Shown: in pieces, positions 1 to 12,399 of the stretch
Layout: every line of letters starts with the position of its first letter
Position numbering within the stretch: position 1 is the first letter of the stretch
Assembly (NCBI RefSeq): GCF_963921235.1
Contig: NC_086097.1
Location: 117,368,001 to 117,432,000, forward strand
Reading direction: 5' to 3'
DNA length: 64,000 nt
DNA from: Mobula hypostoma
Lineage: Eukaryota
The notes under the pieces: generated by a model
What the model was told of the DNA's origin: nothing
Databases searched by the model: none
The model's input: the letters and a program-made list of their open reading frames with translations, nothing else
Translations under genes and position numbers: made by a program

Positions 1-249
1 TTCCACCGAGATGCAACACAGAGTGTCATAGAAAGTTTTTCCTGCCTGTGTCCATCAAATTTTACAACTCCTCCCTTGGAGGGTCAGACACCCTGAGCCA
101 ATAGGCTTGTCCTGGACTTATTTCCTGGCATAATTTACATATTACTATTTAACTCTTTATGGTTTTATTACTATTTATTATTTATGGTGCAACTGTAAAG
201 AAAACCAATTTCCCCGGGATCAATAAAGTATGACTATGACTATGACTAT
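1..249 (+). mobile_element. 3' end of Rex/Babar-like LINE with (ATGACT)n tail
   Basis: AT-rich 3' UTR, AATAAA at ~222, then tatgactatgactatgactat tail. Confidence 0.55.
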
Positions 250-557
250 AGAAGGTATGCCTTTTGGCTACAGGGCACAGCCTCTGTTTAGAGGGACATC
301 CATTGAACAGAAATGAGGAGGAATTTCTTTAGCCATAGTGTGGTGAATCCGTGGAATTTATCAACAATTATGGCCAAGTTATTCAGTATATTTAAAGCAG
401 AATTTGTTAGGTTCTTGATTGGACAGAACATCAAAGATTATAGACAGAAGGCAGGAGAATGGAGTTAAGAGGGTTAATACATCAGCCATGATGAAATGGT
501 GGAGTAAACTCGATGGGTTGAGTGGCCTACTTCACCTCCCATGTCTTATGGTCTTAT
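250..557 (+). mobile_element. CR1/HER1 LINE 3' fragment
   Basis: Decayed EMRRNFFS..VVN.WN coding and tcttatggtcttatg tail; same family as 32639-34518. Confidence 0.75.
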
Positions 558-1370
558 GCACATTTAAAATTATGAGCGCCATAGGTAAGATGGATGGTAA
601 AAGTCTTTTCCGTGGGGTATCATTGGTATTACCTCCTGTATGCTTGCTGGCATTTTGAACCACAGTGAATTCCTCCATCTCAGTCTGTCCTCAGCCAGGC
701 TTGGTAGTGTTCAAAGATTCCTTCATCAGCTTCCTTCCAGCAGCTTCCGAATGGTTTTTGCTACAGTCAGCCATGCAAGTCCCAAGTGAAGACTCCAGGA
801 TACCTTCGCACACAGATGTAGAAGGATTCTTTATTGCATTTCCATTAGTTTTGTTTGACGATCAGGTTTGTCAGATTTGAGCTGAACCCCTGAACCTGGA
901 GGACCAGTGGACCACTGTTATATTGACCTCTACCATTTGACCTGTTTGGTATGGATAGTATGGATATGAAGTCCTGACCCCAGACAGCACAGCTGTACAA
1001 GTTAATAAGGCTTACAAGCCTCTAAACAAGAGCAAGGTTATGGTCCGCTTGAAGGTTTTCCACAAGGGAAAAGAGCCCAAAACTAGTGAGCAAACATTTA
1101 GGGTGGGAGGACAAAGACTTAAAGGGACCTAAATGGAATTATTTTTATGCAGAATGTGGTGAGTATATGGAATGAGCTGTAGAGGAAGTGGTTGAGGGAG
1201 GTAAATCTAAGAAACACTTCAATATGTACCATACATTGAGTTTTGCGACTAGGAGGGATATGGGCTGAATGCAAGATTTTGTGACTAGTTGTGTGAGCAG
1301 AGTGATCATCCTGGACTTGTTGGGCCGAAGGGCTTGTATCAATGCTATAAACCTGTATCTTTATAATATA

Positions 1371-1908
1371 CACTTAGTGAAGACTTCTGAAACTAATAAT
1401 GTGGCCACTGAGTGTGTGCTTGTGAGCTTCTGCTGCTGAAGTCCATCCCCTTTGATGTGTTGCATGTTCAGAGATGCGTTGTTACACATCATTGATGTGA
1501 CCATTATTTGAGTTACTGTTGTCTTCCTGTCAGCTTGAACCAGTTTGGCTATTCTCCTTTGACTTCTCTCTGCATTTTCACCCGCAGAACTGCCACTCAC
1601 TGGATTTTTTTTGTTTGTCACATTATTCTCTGTAAACTCTAACAGACTCTTGTGCATTAAAACCCCAGGAGATCAGCAGCTTCTGAGATACTTAAACCTC
1701 CTCGTCTGGCACCAACAATCATTCCACAGTCAAAGTCACTTGGATCACGTTTCTTTCTTATTCTGCTGTTTGGTCTGAACAACATCTGAACCCCTTGACA
1801 ACGCCTCCATGCTTTTATGCATTGAGTTGCTGCCACATAATTGGCTGATTAGCTATTTGCATTAATGAACTGGAGTACAGGTGTACCTAATAAAATGGCC
1901 ACTGAGTG
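1371..1908 (-). mobile_element. Non-autonomous Tc1-like element (5' transposase remnant)
   Basis: TIR ggtgtacctaataaaatggccactgagtg ending at 1908; reverse-complement homolog of 48540-49096. Confidence 0.8.
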
Positions 1909-2444
1909 TGTCTTTGCAATATTGCATCTAGTTTGGCAGTACAAAGGTAATGAAGGCTAACATTTTCCCCAAGGTTCCTTGATTTCAGTTATAGTAATAA
2001 CGCTTTTACTGCTAAATTTCCAGCTTTCAGGATCAATATCCTCTCCACCAACTCCCGATTTTCTTTGGCAATATCATAAAGTGGCTGCTTATCAGAGAGT
2101 AGAAGAAATTTTCTCTTATCATTAGAAAATATGTAGGTGTGTCTGTTTTCACTTTCCTCTTAAACCTGTTTCGTTGATGACTACTTGACATTATTTACAC
2201 CAGTAATTTTAAAAAGGACTTGTGGATCAAGGGCAGGCAAAAATTCAGCTCTCATAAAACAGAAGAAATTAATCATTATCTTATTCTCCGATCAGCAGGA
2301 TCGTCTTTGAGGGTCTTTTTCATACAATTACTCACTCTGTTAGAAGATGGAGCAAAGATTGGCTTTGTAACTAGATACATAAATACTATGGAATCAATAG
2401 ATGGAGTTGCTGTACCTGCAGTAAGGAAGAACTAAACTCTCAAT

Positions 2445-3300
2445 AACAAACAGGAGAAAATCTGCAGACGCTGGAAATCCAAAGCAACAGACACAAAATG
2501 CTAAAGGAACTCAGCAGGCCAGGCAGCAGCTGTGAAAAAGAGCAGAGTTGACATTTCGGGCCTAGAACCTTCGGCAGAACTGGAAAAAAAAATGAGGAGT
2601 AGATTTAACAGGTGGGGGAAGGGGAGGGGAAAACACAAGGTGATAGGTGAAACTGGGAGGGGGAGTGGAGTAAAGGGCTGGGAAGTTCATTGGTGACAGA
2701 AATACAGGGCTAGAGAAGGGAGGGTCTGATAGGAGAGGACAGAATGCCATGGAATAGAAGAACAGGTGGGAGGAACACCAGAGGGAGGTGATAGGCAGGT
2801 AAGGAAATAAGATATAGGAGCAGAAGTAGGCCATTCAGCCTATCGAATGAGGGAAAAGGGGATAGGGAATGGTGAGGGGGGGCATTACCGGAAGTTCAAG
2901 AAATCAACATTCATGCCATCAGGTTGGAGGCTACCCAGACGGAATATAAGGTGTTGCTCCTCCAACCTAAGTGTGGCCTCTTGTGACCATGGATTGACAT
3001 GTTGGAAGGGGAATGAGAAGTGGAATTAAAATGGGTGGCCACTGGGACATCCCATTTCCTCTGACGGGTGGAGTGTAGGTGCTCGGTGAAGCAGTCTCCC
3101 AGTTTACGTTGGGTCTCAGCAATATACAGGAGGCCACATGGGAGCACTGGACTCAGTATATGACCCCAACAGACTCACAGGTGAAGTGTCACCTCACCTG
3201 GAAGGACTGTTTGGGGCCCTGAATAGTAGTGACGAGGAGGTGCATAAGCAGGTGTAGCACTTATTCCTCTTGCAAGGAGAAGTCCCAGGAGGGAGATCAG
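2445..3300 (-). mobile_element. Penelope-like element, 3' part (GIY-YIG remnant + pseudo-LTR)
   Basis: ORF 2911-3147 CGLLYIAETQRKLGDCFTEHL..PVATHFNS matches the PLE GIY-YIG nuclease pattern; hammerhead-like motif at 2545-2582. Confidence 0.8.
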
Positions 3301-3557
3301 TCACAATAAATCAACTTTAAATGAGTTAGGCAGTTGTGTTGTAAATGCAGCTGTGTGACCATCACGTCTTATCTCAGAACACTGTGAGGAACCAAGGGGT
3401 TTTCAAATGAACTTTTAAAACAAAGTTCAAAGAAAATATATTACCAAAGAATGCACATGTCACCATAGACTACCAGAGGTTCATTTTTGTAGGGGATTCA
3501 AAGATTCGAAAGTACATTTATTATCAAAGAATGTATCAATTATACAGCTTGAGATTT

Positions 3558-4419
3558 AGGATCTAGCGCTTTCCCGGTGTATATGATGAATAAACACTTC
3601 TTGGGCTTTCAGCTGGGTACAGGTATCAATTTTAACTGACGTTTCGATGACAAGCTCTGCAATCTTCATCAAGGATGATACCTGGGTGTCTCTGGTCTGG
3701 TGGTTTTAACCCCCCACTCCCCCGTCCATCTGTCCTGATTGGTTAGTCCTCATCCAATCAAGTTGCCGCAGTCCCACCCTGTTTACAATCGAATTCCAGT
3801 TCTTACTTGGAATGCAACCTTCGGCTTTGTTAAAGTTCTTTTCCCCGAGTTTTATTTCAATGGATTCCTTCACCAGGTGGCCCCAAAGCCCATTGGTACG
3901 GCACAGCAGTTTTGTGCCTGTGAAGTCAGTCCTATGGCCATTGCCATTGCAGTATTCCGCTACCGCTGATTTCTCCGGGCAAACCAGGCAGGTACTTTTC
4001 CTGCGCACCCTGATGCGTGTTTCCACCACGCGCCCCATCTGACCGATATACGCTGCTCTGCACTGACTTCACCGGCACAAAACCACGGCGCTGCACCAAT
4101 GGCTTTTGGGACAACCTGCTGAAGGAAGCCATTGAAATAAAACTAGAGGAAAAGAATTTTAACAAAGACAAAGGTCTCACTCTAAGCAAGAACTGGAATT
4201 TAATTGTAAACAAGGCAGGACAGCAGAAACCTGATTGGATGAAGACTCCAATCAGGAGGGACAGATAGTGGGGTGAGGGGGGGTTTGTGGGGGGAATATA
4301 TGCCACCAGACCAGACATACCTAGGCATCATCCGTGATGGAGATGGTGAATTTGTCATCAAACCATCAGTTAAAATCGATACCTGTACACAAGTGGAAGC
4401 TTGAGAAGAGTTTATTCAC
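3558..4419. mobile_element. Second Penelope family; two arms in inverted orientation
   Basis: ORFs 3706-4038(-) and 4017-4268(+) are homologous (KEAIEIK..KNFNKD.G..LSKNW); 10-bp TSD cttgagattt at 3548-3557 and 4420-4429. Confidence 0.8.
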
Positions 4420-5865
4420 CTTGAGATTTGCTTGCTTACAGGAAACCACAAAGCACAAAACTGCATAACCCAATTAAAAAAAAATGAAAGACCATAAGCA
4501 CTGTGCTGAGAAAGAGGGGAGAAAAAGCACACACACATCATGCACACCACAGGAGCCAACGACAGTATTCCAAACCAGAACAAGTCCTTAGGTCCACTCG
4601 CTCGAGCAGCTGGAGTAGGCTGAAGATTTGATCTCAGTTCATTATATTAGCTGAGCAAAAACGCCACGTAACTCACTGAGACGACAGCTGCTGAAGCAGT
4701 TCACAGCTTTGGCGTTGCAGAGAGACACATGAACACTGCAGGAAAGCGAGTGAAATCAGCCCGACCCTCGTCTCCAGTCCTGGCACTCGGGCTTCCCAGT
4801 CAATCTGGACCGGTGTTTCAGTTGTCCAAACGTCAGGTAGTTCCTCGCTCTAGGATCCGGATCCCAGCACAGTGACACGCTTGGGCAGCACACCCTGAAG
4901 CCATTCTCAATCTCACCGATCCGGCTTGGCACTTGGAGCCTTCCAGCCTCACACCCGGGTTAGGTAGACGGACATCGAAACTCTCGTGCATTAACTCCTC
5001 TCTAAACAGCTCACTCCCACATTGAGAGTGATACTAACTCTGTCTGCCACTCCAGCTGGAACACGTTGCTCTCTGGTCTTGGAATACACCATTATGGCTC
5101 ATCCTCCAAATCAGCTTCTCCTTTGCTTGCTTCTTCGTTATTTGCTGTAATATTTGACCACAATTTAATTCAGAAAAGGCGCCATCCACAGCAGAACAAA
5201 GAAGTTCAATAGAATCAATGGAAAACTACGCACGAAGTGAAAAAAGATAAACTGTGCAAATACAAAAAAGAAACAAACAAACATAAATAAATAATTAAAA
5301 AAAAAACTGAGATAATGAGTTGTAGTGTCCTTGACAGTGAGTCCCCAGGTTTGTGATGATTCAAGATGTCTGCACTGTTTCAGGAGCCTGATGCCTGAAA
5401 GAAGGCTGATTGCTGATGGCTGATTGTATGGGACCTAAGGCTTATATCTCCTCCCTGACTGTAGCAGCAAGAAGAGCTTTATGACCTGAATGGTGTGGGT
5501 CCTTGATGGTGCTGGTGACGAAGGAAATTCAGGGAAAATTGCTCATGCAGAGACACGATCAGGATTTGCTACACAATCAGCAATATTCAGACCAAACAGT
5601 AATGTTTCTGATTAAAAACTTACAAATCCACAGAAAGGGAACAACCACCAAGTCCGGATTCCTCCCCAAGGCCTTTAGAAATACTAAAACTCAAATCATT
5701 GCTGGAGTGAAATCTATTCATCAGCAATCTAAATGGTGATGAAGTTAGAAATTTCCCACCAAACCATATTTTTTTGTGTGATAATAGCTAAAGTATCAGA
5801 CCAGGTGACATACCCTTGAAAAGACAATGGTTGAATTTGTTGACATGAGGGAACCATTTCACAGA

Positions 5866-7050
5866 CCACAAGACAATAAGATATAGGAACAGAATTAGAC
5901 CATTTGGCCCATTGAGTCTGCTCTGTCATTCCAACATGGGGCTGATTTATCTTCCCTCTCAATCCCATTCTCCGGCTTTCTCCCCATAACTTTTGATGTC
6001 CTGATCAATCAAAAACCTATCAATCTCCGCTTTAAATATGCTCAATGACTTGACATGCTCAGCTGTCTGTAGCAATGAATGAATTCCACAGATTCAATAC
6101 CCTCTGGCTAAAGAAATTTATTCTCACCGCTGTTCTAAATGGATGTCCCTCTATTCTAAGGCTCAAACCCTGCTCCTGTACTAGACCCTCAGCAATGTAT
6201 TCATTTGACAACTCATCCTAATATAACCCTCACTGGTACGTGGCACAGACAGCAATCAGCAAATTGCTATCCTGGCAGTCCTGCTTTTCATATTTCTACC
6301 TAACCCCCTATACTTTCTCTGCAGGGTCTCCTCCCTTTTCTTACCCTTGCTATTGGTACCAATATGTACTACAACTTCCAGCTGTTTACCCTCCCCCTTT
6401 AGAATACTGTGGACCCAATTTGAAACATCCCTGACCCTGGCACTTAGGAGGCAAAATACTATCCAGATTTCTTCTACACATACACAGAATCTCCCATCTG
6501 CTCTTCTAACTGCAGAATCCCCTATCACTACAGCACTCCTCTTCTCCTCCCTGCCCTTCTGAGCCACAGCACCACACTCAATGCCAAATACTGTACCTCC
6601 TCACTGCAGCGTGGGTCACCCCTCCAACAGTATCCAAAGTGATATACTTATTGAGGGGAATGGCCACGGGGGTACTCGGCACTGACTGCCCATTTCCTAG
6701 GTACCAACCTTCTGCAACTTAGTGGTGATGACTACCTCCGTATAGCTCCCATTTATCATTCTCCCATATGAGTGGAAGGCCATGTAGCTATCAGGGAAAC
6801 TGAAGGTCTACCAGAGTTCCCTCATCGGACACAGAGAATATACCACTAACAATTCTGGACCTCCCTCAGTGTACCAGGATGATGATATTAGACAAAAAAG
6901 GGGGAAAAAAAACTTACTAGAAATTTACTTGGAATCTCCACCTGTGCTTTCCAAGCCTGTTCTTGCCAAAGCCTGTTGAATCAGAGCCTCCCACTCCAAC
7001 ACTGGCCCAGTCCAACAATGGCCACTTAGCTTATATCTCTCTTCTTTTTA
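5866..7050 (-). mobile_element. Internally deleted CR1 LINE: 5' UTR, ORF1 SGNH esterase remnant and 3' end
   Basis: ORF 6256-6567 AVVIGDSAVR..ARVRDV..VVVHIGTN matches the CR1 ORF1 esterase; CR1 3' tail at 5866-6160. Confidence 0.75.
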
Positions 7051-7268
7051 TTGGCTCAAATAAAAGTCACTCCCAATGATACTTGTTCTTTTCCCCTGGC
7101 TCCTGACTTGCAATGATGTCTCCCTCTCATTCGTTACTTCAAGTTATGACTAACTCCCTATCAGACTTATTCTTTTCAAATGAGGCCCACCTTGCAATGA
7201 TGACTTTCACTCACTACTTCAAATTGTATAGAAAAAGTACAAATCCATTGTAAAGACATTGCAATCAG

Positions 7269-7576
7269 TGAGGTAGGGTGGGTGTCAATCATAGCATAAC
7301 AGGTGTATATGTTGTATTATATAAAAATGTGTGTGGAGAGCAAACTGCTAGGGAACTATGGACACAACTGATCACCCTTGTTCATGAGAGTAGACTTCTG
7401 AGTTCTTGCTGGTGCACGCTGTGTTCAAAAACTGTTTATTATGGGAAATACTTAACGTCACAAGGGAACCCTTTGTTAAAGGGAATAGGTATCTCTGTAT
7501 AGTTTTTGCAAGAACAATAAAATTAATTGGGGAACAGTAAATGTTACTGCTTTGAGTCTTGGCTCACTTTACCTCA
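7269..7576 (+). mobile_element. Possible solo LTR
   Basis: TGAGGTA...TACCTCA inverted ends, TATA-like tatataaaaa ~7318, AATAAA ~7516; no TSD seen. Confidence 0.4.
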
Positions 7577-7732
7577 CTTGGACAGGCTGGCAAATTATGG
7601 AATTATAATTTCAGAGGGGAGGTGAAGGTCAGCTACTTACAATAGAACTGTGCACTTAGTGGGCACTTTATTAGGTACACCTGTGCACATGTTTGTTAAT
7701 TTTACTTGGAGATTTATTTAGAGATTTATTTT

Positions 7733-8064
7733 AAGATGGGGCTTATTTGCTCGTTATTATCATTTGAGCTAACTGATAGAATTTTTCCACGACCTAATTG
7801 TAAATTTTTTAGTACATATTCCTTTCTTGCTGGTAGTTTGATGTTTATTTTTAGAAGCTTTTTGTATGACGCATGACTCTGGGATTGTACACCTAATGGG
7901 TTCTTTTTTTTCTCACTTTTCTGCTTAGTAGGTTTTTTTTGTTATCACAAATTTGTTTTTCAATCTTTAAGGTAATGTCTTTTTGAGAAATTGTAAGTGT
8001 TGTTACTTCAATGTACTCACGTTATTTTTTTGTATAATATAACAATAAAAAGATTTGAAAAGAA
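7733..8064 (+). mobile_element. 5'-truncated L1/Tx1-like LINE 3' end
   Basis: Short C-terminal frame RWGLFARYYHLS*, T-rich UTR, AATAAA and A-rich tail; 13-bp TSD agagatttatttt at 7720-7732 and 8065-8077. Confidence 0.6.
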
Positions 8065-8079
8065 AGAGATTTATTTTTT

Positions 8080-8368
8080 ATTTAGAGATATGGCATGGAG
8101 TGGGCCCTTCCAGCCCTTTGAGCCGCACCACCCTGCAATCCCTAACAACCCATTTTATCCCTAACCTAACACGGAACAATTTACAATGACCAATTAACTT
8201 ACCCAGCATGTCTTTGGACTGTGAGTGGAAGCTGAGGCTCCCAGATAAAATCCACAAATTCCACAGGGAGGACGTACAGAGACCGCTTACTGCGGATGCT
8301 GGAAATGAATTCTGAACTCCGTAGCCCAGAGCTGGAATAGGGTGGTATTAACCACCACACTACCATGG
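8080..8368 (-). mobile_element. HE1/V-type tRNA-derived SINE
   Basis: Degenerate reverse-complement match to 49784-50060. Confidence 0.65.
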
Positions 8369-8696
8369 TCTCTGCGGCCAGCATCTGGACATTCTTCAAG
8401 AGTGTGGATCCATGAAAGGCATCTGGTCCAGATGGCGTACCTAGCCGACCACTAAAGACCTGTGCAGACCAACTAGCTGAAGCACTTACAGACATACATG
8501 ACCTCGTGTTTCTGCATTCTCAGTTCCCCACCTGCTTCACAAAAGGCATCAGTTGTAATGGCATGCAACAGAAGTGTATTGAGCTGCCTCAGTGACATCA
8601 TAAAGTGCTCTGAGAGGCTGGTTTTAGAACACATCTACTCTTACCTCAGGGGATGGCCTGGATCACTTCTATTAGCCTACCTCTGCAACAAGTCAA

Positions 8697-10299
8697 CAGT
8701 GGCATGCAAAAGTTTGGAAACCCCTGGTCAAAATTTCTGTTACTGTGAATAGTTAAGTTAGTAGAAGATGAACTGAACTCCAAAAGTCATAAAGTTAAAG
8801 GTGAAACATTCTTTTCAACATCTTAAGCAAGATTAGTGTATTATTTTTGTTTTGTACAATTCTGGAGTTAAAAAAAAAGAAAGGAGCATCATGCAAAAGT
8901 TTGGGCACTCCAACAGATTTGAGCTCTCAGATAACTTTCACCAAGGTCTTCGACCTTAGTTAGCTTGTTAGGGCTATGGCTTGTTCACAGTCATCGAAAG
9001 GGCAGGTGATGCAAATTTCAAACTTTATAAATACCCTGACTCCTCAATCCTTGTCCCAACAATCAGCAACCATAAGCTCCTCTAAGAAGCTGCCTAGCAC
9101 TCTGAAAAATAAAATAAACGATGCCCACAAAGCAGGAGAAGGCTATAAGAAGATGACAAAGTGTTTTCAGGTAGCCGTTTCCTCAGTTTGTAATGTAATT
9201 AAAAAATGACAGTTAACAGGAATGGTGGAGGTTAAGTTGAGATCTGGAAGACCGAGAAAGCTTTCCGAGAGATCTGCTGGTAGGATTGCTAGAAAAGCAA
9301 CTCAAAACCCCTGTTTGACTGCAAAAGACCTAAATCAGGAAGATTTAGCAGACTCTGGAGTGGTGGTGCACTGTTCTACTGTGCAGTAACACCTGCACAA
9401 ATATGACCTTCATAGAAGAGCCATCAGAAGAAAACCTTCCTGCGTCCTCACCACAAAATTCAGCTTCAGAAGTTTGCAAAGGAACATCTAAACAATCCTG
9501 ATGCATTTTGGAAACAAGTCCTGTGGACTGATGAAGTTAAAATAGAACTTTTTGGCCGCAATGAGCAAAGGTATGTTTGGAGAAAAAAGGGTGCAGAATT
9601 TCATGAAAAGAACACCTCTCCAACTGTTAAGCATGGGGGTGGATCGATCATGCCTTGGGCTTGTGTTGCAGCCAGTGGCATGGGGAGCATTTCACTGGTA
9701 GAGGGAAGAATGAATTCAATTAAATACCAGCAAATTCTGGAAGCAAACATCACACCGTCTGTAAAAAAGCTGAAGATGAAAAGGGGATGGCTTCTATAAT
9801 AGGATAATGATCTTAAACACACCTCAAAATCCACGATGGACTGCCTCAAGATGCGCAAGCTGAAGGTTTTACCATGGCCCTCAGTCCCCCAACCTAAACA
9901 TCATCGAAAATCTGTGGATAGACCTCAGAAGAGCAGTGCATGCAAAACAACCCAAGAATCTCACAGAGCTGGAAGCCTTTTGCAAGGAAGAATGGGCAAA
10001 AATCCCTGAACCAAAAATTGAAAGACTCTTAGCTGGCTACAGAAAGCATTTACAAGCAGTGATACTTGCCAAAGGGGGTGTTACTAAGTACTGACCATGC
10101 AGGGTACCCAAACTTTTGCTTCGGGCCCTTTTCCTTTTTTGTTATTTTGAAATTGTAAAAGATGTAAATAAAAAAGTAATCTTGCTTAAAATATTAAAGA
10201 AATGTGTTATCTTTAACTTTATGCCTTTTGGAAATCAGGTCAGATATTCACAGTAACAGAAATTTTGACCAGGGGTGCCCAAACTTTTGCATACCACTG
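8697..10299 (+). mobile_element. Full-length Tc1 (IR-DR type) DNA transposon, inactive
   Basis: TIRs cagtggcatgcaaaagtttggaaacccctggtcaaaatttctgttactgtgaata and its inverse ending gcataccactg+TA; inner repeats ~8890-8911 and ~10102-10119; 1603 bp. Confidence 0.92.
9072..10094 (+). pseudogene. Tc1 DD34E transposase pseudogene (~340-codon span)
   Basis: Start decayed to ATA; motifs AHKAGEGYKK, VLWTDEVKIELFG, PTVKHGGGSIM, DND.KHTSK, SP.LNIIENLW, AKGGVTKY*; internal stops and frameshifts. Confidence 0.9.
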
Positions 10300-11880
10300 T
10301 ATTTATCTGGATCTTCACTCTTCTCTGAACCACTTGGAAAATAGGGACACAGGCATCAGGTTACTGTTTACTGAGCACAGCTCAGTGTTTAGCACCATCG
10401 TTCTTCTCAAACACCAGGCTTTGAGACTTGTGTTTTATACCTCCCTGTGAACAAGATCCTCGCCTTCCTCATTGGTAGACCTCAGCTGGTAAGGATTGGT
10501 AACAACATCTCCTCCTCACTGACCATCAACACAGGTGGACCTCAAGGCTACGAGAAGTAAGGTAAGACAGTTGATTGAGTGTGCCATAACAACAACCACT
10601 CACTCAACTAAAGAGGTGTGTGTTTGTTTCTGGAAGATCAAGAAATGAATTTTATTTATTACTTGGGCATCAAAGCATACAGTGAAATGCATTGTTCACT
10701 GAACAACCAACACACTCGACAGTGTGCTGGAAGCAGCCTGCAACCGTCACCACGTATTTTGGTGCTGACATAACCTGCCCACGTTGCTCGGCAGACCAAC
10801 ACAAGGGGAAGGAGGATAAACATGCACCAGTCTACATTGGTGGATTGGTGGTGGAGAGGCTCATCAGATGTAAATTCCTGGGTGATGGCATAATGGAGGA
10901 CCTGTTCTGAGCTTATCATATACAAACGTTTGTAGATGCAATCACTCAAACAAACTTCTATAGATGCACTGTTGAAAGTGTCCTGACTTGTTGCATTATC
11001 GCCTGCTATGGCAGTTCGAATGTAGGAAGCTGCAGAGAGTAGTGAGCTCAGCCTGATGCATCCTGGGCATTTCCCTCCTCACCATCCATAGTATCTGACC
11101 CACCATGCGAAGCCTGCCATTTTCCGGCAGCTATCATTTGGCAGGAGGTACAAAAGCATGAAATCCCACATCACCAAGTTCGAGAGTCGCAGCTTCCCTT
11201 CATCCATCCAGATCTTGACTCAACCCACACAACATTAATTATGACAGCTTAACATCACTTTGATCAGTTTGAACTAAATTGGCCTTTTTCATTCTATTTA
11301 TCCTCTTTCTTGTATGGTTTTTGTACAATTTAGGTATAATTTATTTTTGTTCTGATGCTACATGACTATGATGCTGCTGCAGATAAGTTTTTCCATTGTG
11401 CATATGACAATGAAGTTGACTGACTTGACTTGACTAATTTTTCAGAGCCAACAGGTTTCCTGAACAGGTTAAAACAATTTAATTTTTCCAGTTTCATTGT
11501 ATGAGACTGTTTTATCTCTGAGTTAGTACAGCTTTGGTTGTAGTTCCACTCCAGTGACTTGATATATTAATCTGGGCTGATCTTCCTGTGCTGCAGCCAC
11601 AGAAGGGCCTTCCTTTAGAAAAACAGTTAAATGAACACATGGCTGCCATCTTAGACAAACATAAATGATTCTAGATATTGGAGAGAAGAGGTATGTATTG
11701 TGTCCTCACTGGGGATTGGCTCTGAGATGAGATGGGCAAATAAGTTCCTATCGTCGATTATATACATTTTGCTCTCTTTTTAATTTACTCAGAAGTGTTT
11801 TAAGGCTGGTTTTTATTTCTGAATTTTAAACTTCTTATTTTCATTATTAATTGTTTCAAAATGTTTTTAAATTTCAAATG

Positions 11881-11947
11881 CAGTACTTAGCAAAAGTCTT
11901 CGGCACATATATATAGCTAGGGTGCTTAAGAATTTTGCACAGTACTG
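11881..11947. mobile_element. 67-bp Tc1/mariner-type MITE (hairpin)
   Basis: TIRs cagtacttagcaaaagtcttcggcac / gtgcttaagaattttgcacagtactg. Confidence 0.75.
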
Positions 11948-12332
11948 CAGTAATTTTATGTAATTTTACTGTACTGATACCTCTGAAAAAATCATGACAT
12001 AAGTGAGTGATGTAAACCCGATTCTGATATGGGTCTGTATTGCGGACTGAGAGTGGGAAGGCGGTAGGGAAGGGGGAATCTTGGTTGGGAAAAGGGGAAG
12101 GGAGAGGGGAGGGAGCAGGAAACACCACAGAGACGTTCTGTAATGATGAATAAACCAACTGTTTGGAACCAAATGACCCCAGCTGGTCTCTCAGGGCTGA
12201 GTGTGTCTGCATGCTGTGCACTCCTCTGCCACCTGTCCCACCCCCTCCCGCGGCACTCCACCCTCTCCATTCTCAACATCCTTTACCCCCTCCCGACCTA
12301 CAAACTTGCTCTCCGCTCCACATTTTCAAATA

Positions 12333-12399
12333 TAGTGCTGTGCAAAAGTCTTAAGCACTCTACCTATACAAATATGCTTAAGAGTTTTGCACAGCACCG
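12333..12399. mobile_element. 67-bp MITE, same family
   Basis: TA-flanked; gtgctgtgcaaaagtcttaagca ... tgcttaagagttttgcacagcac. Confidence 0.75.

Larger units (their letters stand above)
8370..11440 (+). mobile_element. Degenerate Rex/Babar-like LINE, split by the Tc1 at 8697-10299
   Basis: KASGPDGV..LKTCADQLA and IIKCSERLVL motifs before the Tc1; LHSSLNHLEN..RLLF resumes after it; (TGACT)n tail ~11420-11435. Confidence 0.7.
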
